A stretch of 57,205 nt of DNA, counting the filler, from Sphacelaria rigidula (Eukaryota): the NCBI GenBank assembly GCA_964200075.2. It is 6 parts of 6 records of this genome, joined end to end, with 100 filler letters (N's around TTAATTAATTAA, not from the genome) between each part and the next. Parts side by side here need not be neighbours in the genome. Positions count along the whole stretch, not along the records: positions 9,554 to 19,006 come from CAXNAA020008466.1; positions 19,107 to 28,557 come from CAXNAA020008467.1; 4 more parts are not named here. One strand, 5' to 3'. Under the pieces are notes generated by a model. The model did no database searches, had not been told where the DNA came from, and saw only the letters and a program-made list of their open reading frames with translations. This document shows positions 12,066 to 22,813 of the stretch, piece after piece; the stretch's first letter is position 1; every line of letters begins with the position of its first letter. A program made the position numbers and the translations under genes.

Positions 12066-13891
12066 CTTCTTCTGTCCCATAAGCAAAGTCCGTTATGGGG
12101 GAAAGATCGTATATCGCCAATGGAGTTGCCCACGATGCTATGGTTAGGTTTTTTGAAAAGCTGTTGACATGGTGATGCTTGTTGAACAAAAAAAAATCTG
12201 AATCGAAATTACTGAGAATTAGTGGGTCAAAAAGTGGACATTTCGTCGGGAATTTGAGAATTTTTTGGGAATTGTATTGAGAATTTCTGCTTTTCTGGGC
12301 AATTGAACGCCCATTACCCCCACAACCACGATGGAGACCTCCCCCAAACGTAAGCGGGGCGCAGATGTGTCGTTGGGTCGCCGGTATGCCATGGCGGTGG
12401 AGATAGCGATGGCCACTCCCCCAGGAAACTCGAGGGTGCCCAAGGGCGTTCTAGGCCCCATGGCGGAGCGTTACGGCGTTGGTGCTGACTACCCCAGAAA
12501 ACATTGGGAGAAGTGAAAAGCTCAGATCGACAACACCGGGGAGCTCAACCTCTCAAACAAACCTCGCAGTGGGCGGCCATCACTTCTTACCCCAACAAAG
12601 GCCGCTGCGCTGCGGAAGATCAACAAGACAAATCGGTCGTTTACCCTCCGGCAAGTGTCCGATCAGCTGAAAGAAATCGGCATGGAATACGGCTCATCGG
12701 CCGTGCAGAAGTGGTTTGACGCCGAGGGGGCGCAGAAGGTGGCTCGTCGCATGAAGCCGTCCCTTTCTGATGTCCAGAAGAGGCGGCGGATCGACTTCAT
12801 CTGCGACCAGGTGGACGAGACGGCCGGGATTTTTTACGACATGGGATTTTCTACGACAAGAGCTGGTTTTTCCTTCTGCGGATTAAGGAGAAGGTTCGAA
12901 TCTTCCCGGGTGGGAGAATCCCCGGGTCCCCCCGCGTACAACACAAGAGCCACCTGCCCAAGATTATGGTGATCGTTGCAAACGCTCGGCCTCACCCGAG
13001 CCACAACTTCGACGGAAAGATCGGCACCTGTCGCATTTGTGTGCTGAAAACCGCCGAGCGGTCGTCCAAGAGGAGGAAGAGGGGGGAGGAGTACGAGTTC
13101 GACTGCACCATCGACGCGGAGTGGTACAAGACGTGGTACAACGACGAACTTCTGCCTGCGATCAAGCTTAAAATGCCGTGGCTACGTTCGAAGCGCGTAA
13201 TCGTCCAGCAAGACCGCGCAAGCCCCCACACGGGAAAAAACAATCCCGAGATTCTTAACTCGGCGGGGATGGGGCGGGGTTGGATAGTAGAGCTAGTCAC
13301 GCAGCCTGCACAGTCGCCTGACATGAACGTCAACGACTTGGGCTTCTTCACATCTCTCAAGTCGAGGGTATGGGGGATGAATGCAAGTTCGACAGACGAG
13401 TTGATGGAGACTATTTTCAAGCATTACGAGGAGTACGACGGTGACACGTAAGAACGGGTTTGGCAGAACCTCTTTAAGGTTTACAACCAAACACTACGTG
13501 AGATGGACGACAACGACTTTAGTGTGGAACCTTCCGGGGTGAGGGTGCGGCAAAGGGCAGGAACGTTAGGAAGAGTGGTAAAATACGATAAAGATGCCTT
13601 CACGAAGGCCTGGGACTACATAGCGGCAAGCCCTAGCGACGACGAGAGCGGGTAACATTTTTTTTTAACACTTTTTTGACCCTGCAAAAGGGCCTAAATA
13701 TGGCCTTTTTTGGGCCGACTACTTTTTTTTCGGACGGTCGCGTGAGCCGGGGAGTGCGTATAAAAACAAAACAAAAACGGGGTTCAACCCAAAAAACATC
13801 AAAGATATAAAAAAAATGTATCGCCTGCGACATCGGACACGGCTAGGGGTCCGTGTGATCATAACGGACTTTACTTATGGGACCGAGGAAG
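12066..13891 (+). mobile_element. Full-length Tc1/mariner DNA transposon, plant-type DD39D-like, disabled
   Basis: 32-bp TIRs (CTTCTTCTGTCCCATAAGCAAAGTCCGTTATG, 3 mismatches), TA duplication at 12064-65 and 13892-93, internal transposase remnant. Confidence 0.93.
12331..13655 (+). pseudogene. Mariner-like transposase pseudogene
   Basis: Motifs SGRP, MKPSLS, DKSWFF, ARP...FDGKIG, VQQD.ASPH, QPAQSPDMNVNDLGFF. Disabled by stops at 12514 and 13449 and a frameshift near 12850. Confidence 0.92.
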
Positions 13892-15994
13892 TATATTATG
13901 AAGTACACTATTTTTCATTGATTTATCTCCATTCAGCGGCGGTTCCTTGCGCCACCAGGTTGGTCTGCAGTTCACAGTGATAAGCTCAAGTCGGGCTGAT
14001 TTGATAAACTTGATAATATATGGTGTGACATGCAAATGCGGGATTAACCGCTGGCCCAGCTCGTACATAGAAGGAATAGAAATTCGTCGATTTTTGTTGT
14101 ATTTTCTCCCCCCATCAACTCATACAAAATTTAAACGAGCAGCGGACACACCGCACCCCTGACTGAGAACGTGGATGCACCAGCGAAACAAACTGACAAA
14201 GAATGCGTTCGTCACAACTTTTGGCTGCACATATACACACCCGTCAAATATTACTTTTCGATCAATTGAAGGGCGGGGGGAGCTCCACTTCAGCACTTGC
14301 GATCACGGCCCCGCAATAATGCCGCCCCTTCAAATTTCGGAGTGCCACCGTTGTACGTTCAAAATGGATTCTGTTCCCAAGACCGACCCGCAACAATATA
14401 TCACCAGGAGTACCTTCCTTTTCCTTTTCGTTCTTCTGTGACACTTTCAACATTTCCTCCTCCGGACGGCTTCGGAGCATCAATCGATCGACCCGTCTTC
14501 CCCTTGGTACCTGTCGGGTAATATGTCACGGAGGATTGGACCGCGTCAACTCTTGGCCAAATTTTCCTCTGCTTCTCAAGCCCGCAGACTTTTAACGACG
14601 GAAAACAGGTTTTGCTTAAAACCAACAAATTTACCCGGATTCGACCCCTCAACCTCCCGCGTAAACTGACCGCTGGTTTCCCACTTAGACAACGGGGGCG
14701 CGACGGTTCGGAACTCAACGAGGTTCCCCCGATAGTGCTGACTAGGTCCGTATGCCAACAGACCGACCGACCGCACTATTGTGGTGGGATGAGTTTCACC
14801 CAACCCGTCGCGAAATCCCATGGCTGACGCATGTCCATCGTCGAATCCTAACCCTAATCCTCACCCTGACCCCAGCCCTAAACACTACATCAAGATATTT
14901 CGAGAATCGTCGGGGAAGGAAGGAAGCGGGTCAGAAGGGTGCTCCAGTCAAAGTGTGCGTTGGAAGAGCCAAATCCTGCGACGCCGATTAGTGCGAAAGT
15001 GCACGTTGGGTACGCCGAGGACCAACGGGGACTGCGATCTCACAACAAATCTGAATGTGATGTTCCACTCTGAATCCAAGATATATTTTTCAGCCACGGA
15101 ATTTTGGCAACGGGTTTAGGGGGTAGAAAATCTGTTGAATCGATCGGGCCGTTCAGTTGCGTATACCATAACATCACACCAAGTGCGCAATCCGGACACA
15201 TTGCCACAGTTGAACCGTTTGAATGACCAGATTTTGTCCACGGGTGAAATCGGCATCATTTTCGCATGATGGAAGAATCTCAGATTGAGATGTTCATCTG
15301 TGGGTGTGTCTGTAAAGTATGGCAAATCGAACCGCGAAACAGCAGAGCTACCCTACCCGAATACCTTGACAAAACCGTTGACGTTGGCCGGCCCATAACA
15401 TCTAGGGTTGAGGCCCCTTCTCTTGACTTATTATCATAATTTTTTCCGCATAATAGTCCGATCTCGCGAACCCGTGGTCACAGACGTAGGCTCGCCTTTT
15501 CAATACCGTGAGTATGAGAGCAAATGACTAATCTGGCGGCTCGGTGCCAATTTTTGCTCGAAAAAAGGGGCTCGGTGGATGGTGCCACCTCGCGTTCGAC
15601 AATTGCTCTACGAGCATTCCAGCGCATTTTATATGAATTTTCGTGCTTCCAGCTTGACTTTTGGCCAGACTACAGATTTTTCATGCAAAAAATAACAGAA
15701 CAAAACCCTTCGATTTCTTTCAAAATCTCAGAGTACATTATCGTACATAGGCGACACTTTTTTTCGGTTGGAACGAGGAGATGTTTTGCTCTCCATCAGA
15801 AAAATGCCGGATTCCTCCCGGAGAGGTCACTGAGTCTTCCCGAGGTGACGAGGCCCTCTAAAGCCCCCTTTTTTGGGGCGAAACGTTAACGCCGAACCGC
15901 CAAGAGAGACTCTTTTCGAAGATATCTTAGTATTTCGCAATATTTCTCATACATATCCACGAGCAGCGGCTTGTGAAAGAAACAACTGAGGGCG

Positions 15995-16105
15995 CGGGGG
16001 AGGGAGGGTCAGTCATGATGTTGCATGCCGTAGTCGTATGGCCATTGACCTCGCATTCCTACAAAGACGGGACGGGGCACGCCGAGTTTTCGCCGGACCA
16101 GGCTC
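15995..16105 (-). mobile_element. 5'-truncated poly(C)-tailed repeat (subfamily A) with 16-bp TSD
   Basis: GAAA(C/T)AACTGAGGGCG direct repeats at 15979-15994 and 16106-16121. Confidence 0.8.
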
Positions 16106-16170
16106 GAAATAACTGAGGGCGGGATCATGTCTATCGTGTATCAGCACATCCTGTCGCTGGAAAACTGTAC

Positions 16171-16305
16171 CGGCTTAAGGTGGTCTAGGTCATCCTCCAG
16201 CATCTGCGGCATACGTGGAAAGAGCTTGTGCAGATTTTCGTTGTACTCCTTCGCGCTTCGCAACAACGCTAGCCACAGCTCCAGCCCCGCCTCCATCAAA
16301 TATAT
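16171..16305 (-). CDS. IPO11: Importin-11-like exon (2nd visible)
   Basis: Polypyrimidine-cag acceptor and gt donor. 135 bp, IYLMEAGLELWLALLRSAKEYNENLHKLFPRMPQMLEDDLDHLKP, resembling the importin-11 YLLEDGLELWL motif. Confidence 0.85.
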
Positions 16306-16790
16306 CTGAGGAAAAAAAATCAACGAGAAATGTATTTTGTGACACATAATGAATGGATGAAACACACACACACCAAAACGAACGATAAAGGAAAATTGAA
16401 TAACTGAACAGACTAAATGAGAAAATGAATAATGAACACTTATATAACAAAGACGAGATATTTGTATGCAATGAAGAGTCGAGTCGGCTTTGGGTAAAAT
16501 TGGAACACGGAAGACACACGTCCTTTACCGGAGCTATAGCACTCAAGCCGATTGGAACACTGAAAACCCACGAACACATGTTGTTCAACAGCTATGTTTC
16601 CGTGTTCGAAGCATATAAAAAAGTGTTCTAGTACCATGACCACTTGACTGCCGAGCATGAACACTCACATTCTTGAAAAAAAAATGAGTCAATTCAACCA
16701 ATGGACCCTTCCCGGCGATCACAATACTCAATCATCAACGGGTGCTTCGTGGAGGAAATAAGTACGCGAAATTCAACAATCGTTCCTCAC

Positions 16791-16898
16791 CGCTTCTTCA
16801 CTGCCGACCTTCGTGGCCACGTCTACCATGCTCAAAGAAGCTTGGTCGAGTTCGTTCCCTTTTCCAGCGCCCAAAGCATCCACCACATGTGTCATTAC
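16791..16898 (-). CDS. IPO11: Importin-11-like karyopherin-beta, exon (1st visible)
   Basis: cag/gtgag boundaries, 108 bp, VMTHVVDALGAGKGNELDQASLSMVDVATKVGSEEA. Phase-consistent with the next five exons. Confidence 0.78.
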
Positions 16899-17020
16899 CT
16901 GTACCCGTACGTGGGGCATGAGTACAACAGTTGCAATTGCGCATGAGTAAAAAAAGCAAACAGCAAAAACCATAGATATAAAGTAAGTGCTGGAAGAGAA
17001 ACAAATGTAGTAAAGAAGAA

Positions 17021-17295
17021 TTTCTACGATAGACCCCCCCCCCCCAAGAAAAAAAAAAAAGCTGGTTTGGGGGAAAAGGATCTACACGTGAATCGAAATG
17101 AAAAAATCCGAGCACAACGAGCAGCTGGGAATTCCCACGCTTGGGTTCGTTTTCGCCAATGCCGCCCATATGAAGCGCTTCGTGCAGCCTGAAACCAAAC
17201 ATCAGGCGCTGTATGACAACTTTCTTCGTGACAGTTTTGGGCTATTTTTTTTCGGGGAGGGGGGGGGGGGGGGGGGGGGGGTTTTTGTAGTAAGT
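17021..17295. mobile_element. Copy of the GACACTTTCTAC MITE family
   Basis: Shares the GAGCACAACGAGCAGCTGGGAATTCCCACGCTTGGGTTCG core. Ends degraded, with expanded homopolymers. Confidence 0.75.
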
Positions 17296-17314
17296 AACAA
17301 AAAAAAGGGGGAGC

Positions 17315-17580
17315 ATGATAATGATGATGACAATAGGTGGTGCTCATAATGGTGCTCATGACAATCAAAATAATCATAAAGTTGATGAAATGAGCATAAG
17401 AAGGATGATGAAATCATAACAATCATTATCACGTTGATCATGACAATTGTGTCGGTCATAACAATCACAATAATCACAACAATCATAATAACCACATTAA
17501 TAATCACAAATACCCGAAATAATTATACTAACCATAATATTCAAAATAATCATGATCAACAGCAACACACTGATGATCAC
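17315..17580. repeat. Degenerate ATC/ATG/ATA trinucleotide low-complexity tract
   Basis: Visible 3-periodic AT-rich sequence that gives Ile/Met/Val-rich spurious ORFs. Confidence 0.7.
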
Positions 17581-18769
17581 CCACATGCGTATTAACACCC
17601 TTGCCGACTACAAAATACTTGAGTCAAAAACCCATGCAACATCAAGTGACCACGGCTGGCTTGATGTTAGCTTGGCGCTAGCTTCACGTCAGCTTCAAAG
17701 CTTGGTACAAAAGCAAACTCAGCTAGCGTGAGACAACCAATCAAACCAATGAACGAGTGACCATCAAAATGGTCCCGGCCACATGCAACATACTGCACAT
17801 GACGAAACTCACCATCACACGTCGCCGGGGAATGACCATACCCAGGTAACCACCAAAACAAATCCAACATGTCAATGACCAGCGCACAGAGTTGATAAAT
17901 CAGAATTCAGCTTGCAATTACATTCCCTCAGATACTGCGCGAGTCGGCCATCATCTCTCGAGTGGCACGCTCTTGTATCATCTAGACACCATTAGGTAGC
18001 CACGGCTACGCCAGTGGCGTTTCTTCTTATTTTTCGTCAAACTTTCAACACCCCGCCCCTTGTTCAGGACAAGTCCATGCTCTCGAAGAGTCAACGCATC
18101 TATCCCCCCGCACACGCCTTGCATGTCGATCTCGCAGATTGGATCATGACCACGCACTCCCGCACCACGTCGACTTTTGCCGAACAAATCAGCTCAACAA
18201 GTACTATTTTTGCTACTCACGCACGTCCCCACGTACGTCATCATGCCTTCAACGACGGAAACAATATACAAATGTGAAAAATGCCAAACTAGGCACATCT
18301 GGCGGGAAACAAACCCGCATTTTCCCCACCCTTACTGGTGTAAGTTGTACCATTTGAATTCACAACAACGAGGCGTGGCGGCTCTGTTTTGTCAACGAAA
18401 CGCAAGGAAGATTGGGAGTCGGGGACAAAATGGAGCGTTTTCCCACGCCACTCCAATTTATTCTCCTCGTCATACCCTGATCATGAGTACCCCCCCCCCC
18501 CCCCTCCCCCGCCGAGGGATAGCCGGAATTGCCTCTGTGGCAAAGCAATACATAGCAGAAATCATGTAGTGGCAGAATGTGAACTACAATATACAAGGAG
18601 GAACGGGACGTGCTAGAGGGGTAAATGCGGGATGTGGACGAAGATGGCATCAAATCGTTTGATGCATTAGACAGTAGGGAGGAAAACGATGGCTATACTA
18701 GGAGATATATGGTGGTCACGGGCGGCGAAACAGGACGGGGATAAGATATGTGAAACGTTTTGTGTGATA

Positions 18770-19000
18770 TATGAAAGAAGCGTAATGAGCGCCGGAATGT
18801 TGGAGGTGTCCCTATTAGGAGTAGGGACGGTGCTCCGTCTCGAAAGGAATGCGTGGCCAACGGTCAAACACCCAAGGCAAGCAACAAGTGAGTACGCCCT
18901 CCCTCCCCGCTGTTCCCTCTCGAAAGGAATGCGTGGTCACTGGTTGAACGACTAAGGCAAGCGACAAATGAGTACCCCCCCCCCCCCCCCCCCACCCCCA
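18770..19000 (+). mobile_element. Two tandem poly(C)-tailed repeats (subfamily B)
   Basis: First copy is homologous to the reverse complement of about 566-700. A shorter second copy begins just after its C tail. Confidence 0.75.
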
Positions 19001-19006
19001 CAGCGC

Positions 19007-19106
19007 NNNNNNNNNNNNNNNNNNNNNNNNNNNNNNNNNNNNNNNNNNNNTTAATTAATTAANNNNNNNNNNNNNNNNNNNNNNNNNNNNNNNNNNNNNN
19101 NNNNNN
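19007..19106. other. Artificial scaffold linker 2
   Basis: Identical 100-nt N/TTAATTAATTAA/N spacer. Confidence 0.98.
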
Positions 19107-19671
19107 TTATCCAGGGGCAGTTTCAGATGGCTGGGATTGTTCGCGTGGCAGAGGCAGAGGATCGTTGTTCGTTGATCGTTTTGGTCGACTGGGTAGGTTT
19201 TGAAGTCGAGGAGCGTACGTGGGAGCCTTTTAAAAATATTTTTGAGGCAGCTCCGGAATTTCCTAAGAGGGAGTTGCGTCAGGTGCGAGTGACTCGTTCC
19301 ATTGCTGCTCGCATTGCCCGTGAGTTTGGGATTCAGTTGTGACTTGCTCAATCGTTTTGGCGTTACGTTTCTGAGTGTCAAGCTTGTTGATCGATTCTCG
19401 TCTAACGCGCTTTGGGGGTGCTGTGGCAAAATCACGCCGTCACGGTTGAGTATATAGTGGATCCTGGATGATGACCAGGGGACAAGGGCATCCTGTGGAT
19501 GATGTCCCTTAATGTGTAGCCCATACCTGATGGTACGGGGTTGCAGGTGTTCACTCCGGTAATGATAAGGTGTTCCTAAGGCTGACAACAAAGACCTAGA
19601 GGCCAGTGGAACTGGGGAGTCCCTCTACAGCATTTAGACGCTGCAGTACTAGCATACCTGCTAGCGTCACA
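19107..19671 (+). mobile_element. 3' end of a Ty3/gypsy chromovirus: chromodomain, polypurine tract and 3' LTR
   Basis: Frame ending at 19342 encodes LVDWVGFEVEERTWEP..NI (chromodomain). GCGCTTTGGGGGTGC precedes a TGTG...TCACA LTR at 19422-19671. The same pre-LTR motif occurs in the 26219-27458 element. Confidence 0.82.
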
Positions 19672-20773
19672 GGACAATGCATAGGGCATGAAAAAAATAT
19701 TTCATAAGCGCCAGAAGTTTTTTCTTCGTTCGTTACTTAAGGGCATTTTACTGATGCCTGAAAACTGATTATTGTCCTTCACTCACGGAAAAAAAGACTT
19801 CTGGTGCTTCTTTATTAATTTTTTATGCCCTATGCATTGTCCATACCAATTTTTACGCTCCAAGTCTAAATATTGGCCGGCGCATTCGCCTTTCAAAAAC
19901 CTGGTCGGCAGAAATTCGGAACAATATTTTGCAGGCCACTCACCAGCCCACATTTGGTTTTCGTGTATTGAAAGTTTTTGTGAGCCCTCGCTAGGGCATA
20001 ATCAACAAAACTCAGTGGTCCATTTTATTTTATTTTCTCCACTGGTTTATGGCGTTTTAGTATGATAATGATCATTTTTTTTTCACGAAGACGCGCGAAC
20101 CTCTCCCCCCCCCAAAATGAAGGCCCATATTGTTTTTCCAGGAGAGGTTCGGGCGTCCTCGATGCTAAGTTTCAAGTTTAAGCTCAAAAATTGAGATAAT
20201 GCCATAGAGCAATGTTAATTTCACCTCACAAATCCCCTCAAAATACGGAAATAATTAAAAAAACATCGAAAAAAATGTTCAAATCTGTTTTTGTTTAACT
20301 TCGTAATGCATCAGCGGTTCTCCATACCAAATTTCATAGCACAACTCTGAAAAACGGAGATGCGATATCCAGATGAAGGGCATCTAGTGCCTCTGCTCGT
20401 AATATATTTTCATTTTAGTATGGAACCTTATCTGCGCCATATCTCGAGATAGATTACAAATTGGGTAAAAGTGAGGGTATTTATCGTCTCCCTATGCTCC
20501 AGGGAAGGTTCACAACAAAACTCGTCCTCATCCGCTGAATGCATCGTTCGGGGTTTCATATAGATTTTGATGTGGGCGCTATCTCCGTACGGTACAGGAA
20601 CTACTAGACATGGGTTTCAATCAACGAAAAAAAATGGCCCATATTTATGAGAAGATGGGCACCTTCCCCTTGATGAGACGATTAACACGATATGCGGATT
20701 ATGGTCCAACTCATCTATGTCGATGAGATATTGCTTTGAGATCTTGAACCCGTTTTTAGGCTGGCCCAGCTCG
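19672..20773. mobile_element. Longer copy of the CGAGCTGGGCCAGC-TIR element, left end cut off by the chromovirus insertion
   Basis: Colinear homology to about 7905-8663 and terminal GCTGGCCCAGCTCG at 20760-20773. Confidence 0.78.
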
Positions 20774-20909
20774 TTTATACTGGTCAGAAAATATGGTGAC
20801 AGAAGAGGCGACCCGGTATACAGTATGTCCCTCTTGATCCTATCTGGCCACCCGTTCGTGGTCGCCCACCCCCTTCACAACATGTAATTCATATATCTTG
20901 GCTACACAT

Positions 20910-22014
20910 CACGATGACAGAAAACGCGGGTCGATATGCGCCTTTTGGTACCCCTGTGGTTACCGGGGCTGTGTTGCTTATGCCCTGGACAATACAATAT
21001 GTTCCAATATGATGCCAATACTTTGTATTGGAGCCAGTGCAAATACTGTCGTTTCAATATATGTTGTGTTGACATGTCCTTTGAGGCTTTGAAGCAACAA
21101 CATATATTGCTCGTGTCATGATAATGAAGTAATGTATGACAATACATATTGGACATGCATTTGCTCCGAGAATAACACATTCAATATATGTTGTGCATGC
21201 CGACCGTGTATGTATTGAAGTGTCAATATATATCAAGTCGAACCGATGTGTAGCATATTGTTACCATAATATATATTGAACGCAAACCATGCAAAAGTAT
21301 TGGTTTTCCAATATATATTGCGCACGCTCATCGCATAGCTATTGTGCAGCCAATATATATATTAAATACGCTTGCGGAGGAATATATTAAGCGTTTTCGG
21401 CATATGGTGATACACGTTTGAATGGCGCCCGCGAACATATAAGTGCCCACCATACTAATTCCAATACACGTTTCAATCTACATGTTGAAAATCACTATAT
21501 ATATATATATATTACTCCACCAACATGTATTGTGACCGTCGGTTCCCTCGTGTATTGTCCGCCCAAAATATAGCTCTATTGGACGCATTGACGCACGACA
21601 TATTGGGGCGGCAATATATATTGGCGCTTCGGGTGTCGAGTATATTGAATAATCAATATATATATTGACCGTGTGGCAGCCAGTATATTACTCGACAAAT
21701 ATCTATTGGTGCCTTCTTGCACCAACATATTACCCGGCCAATATATATTGAGGTGGCGCGTGTCGTGATATATTATTCGATCGATATATATTGCATGTGG
21801 CGAGCCTTGACATCTTGATGGCACAACATATATTGATCCTCTCTCGTGCCATCATAATGCTCACCCAATATATATATATTGACCACCCGACGTGTCGACA
21901 TATTGAGCGGGCAATATATATTACATTTTGTTTTGTCCAGGATGTGAAATATTGGCTCGTGTTGTGTGGTACTGTCCTCGAGACAGACCGACTACCGTCG
22001 CGCGGACAGTAGTG
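20910..22014. repeat. AT-rich array of degenerate CAATATATATTG palindromic motifs, possible non-autonomous CACTA-like element
   Basis: Many AATATATATTG/ACATATTG variants in both orientations. Right boundary TAGTG (reverse CACTA), left boundary only CACGA. Confidence 0.5.
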
Positions 22015-22362
22015 TATGGCAGAGGTTGCACCGTGGTGGTTAGACCACTTGCTTCTGCCGCAGAAGATGAAAAACACGCATGATTTTAAAGGCTCTTATA
22101 CGGTCAACACGGAATAAAAGGTACAGTCTCTTCCCCAAGCAGAGCGCTGATGGGAACGAAGGAGAGTGATTGCGTTGGGCACCGAGGTGGGTGAGTCCAA
22201 GCATCTTCAATCCTGGAACAACGCGCCAAATCCGTACACGTACGTAAGACCAAATCGTATAATACAATTCAATATTTCTGCTGCTGACGCGGTAGCCTTG
22301 CCATCTCTTAGCTTAGATAAAATGCAATCTCACGCTCAAGATATCTCTTCAGCTTACGTGGC

Positions 22363-22813
22363 CTAGAACACGGGATCTTACAAATTGGGGATGTATCTTT
22401 TATTGGGGATGAGAAACCCGGAGAATTAAAATCTTCGTATCCACACCAAAGCTTCGAAATATGGTTCCATTTCATCACCTACTGATAGCTATTGATAACT
22501 GCCACACGCCATAGAAATTTGGATCTAGATCACCGAAATGTTGGGGTCGTAGGTGAAAAAACAATTTCGGAACTATTGTGGCGTCCGTTCGGACACCCGG
22601 AATTCCCCAAACTTGTTTTTTCACCCAGGAACCCAACATTTCGGTGACCGAAATCCAAATTTCCATGGATCGTAGCAGTTGTCGATGGCTATCAGTAGGT
22701 GATGAAATGGAACCATATTTCGAAGATTTGGTGTAGATACGAAGATTTTAATCCTCCGGGTTCTCATCCCCAATAAAAGATCCATCCCCAATTTGTAAGA
22801 TCCCGTGTTCTAG
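22363..22813. mobile_element. Foldback (almost fully palindromic) MITE, about 450 bp
   Basis: CTAGAACACGGGATCTTACAAATTGGGGATG is mirrored at the right end, with arms of about 200 bp. Related to 6816-7240. Confidence 0.85.

Larger units (their letters stand above)
11647..14063. mobile_element. Non-autonomous TA-flanked element (TIR CGAGCTGGGCCAGC family) hosting the mariner
   Basis: TA-CAAGCTGGGCCAGC at 11645 and GCTGGCCCAGCTCG-TA ending at 14065. Same TIR as the element at 7818-8663. Confidence 0.75.

Noticed and set aside
1739-16898. Convergent MTHFR/IPO11 gene pair, or any functional clustering of the five host genes
   Set aside because: The genes are on different scaffolds and truncated at linkers, so adjacency carries no information.
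17650-17960. Copia RNase H remnant (also a possible copia primer site at about 15388-15400)
   Set aside because: Similarity is limited to a few residues or nucleotides and cannot be supported without a search.
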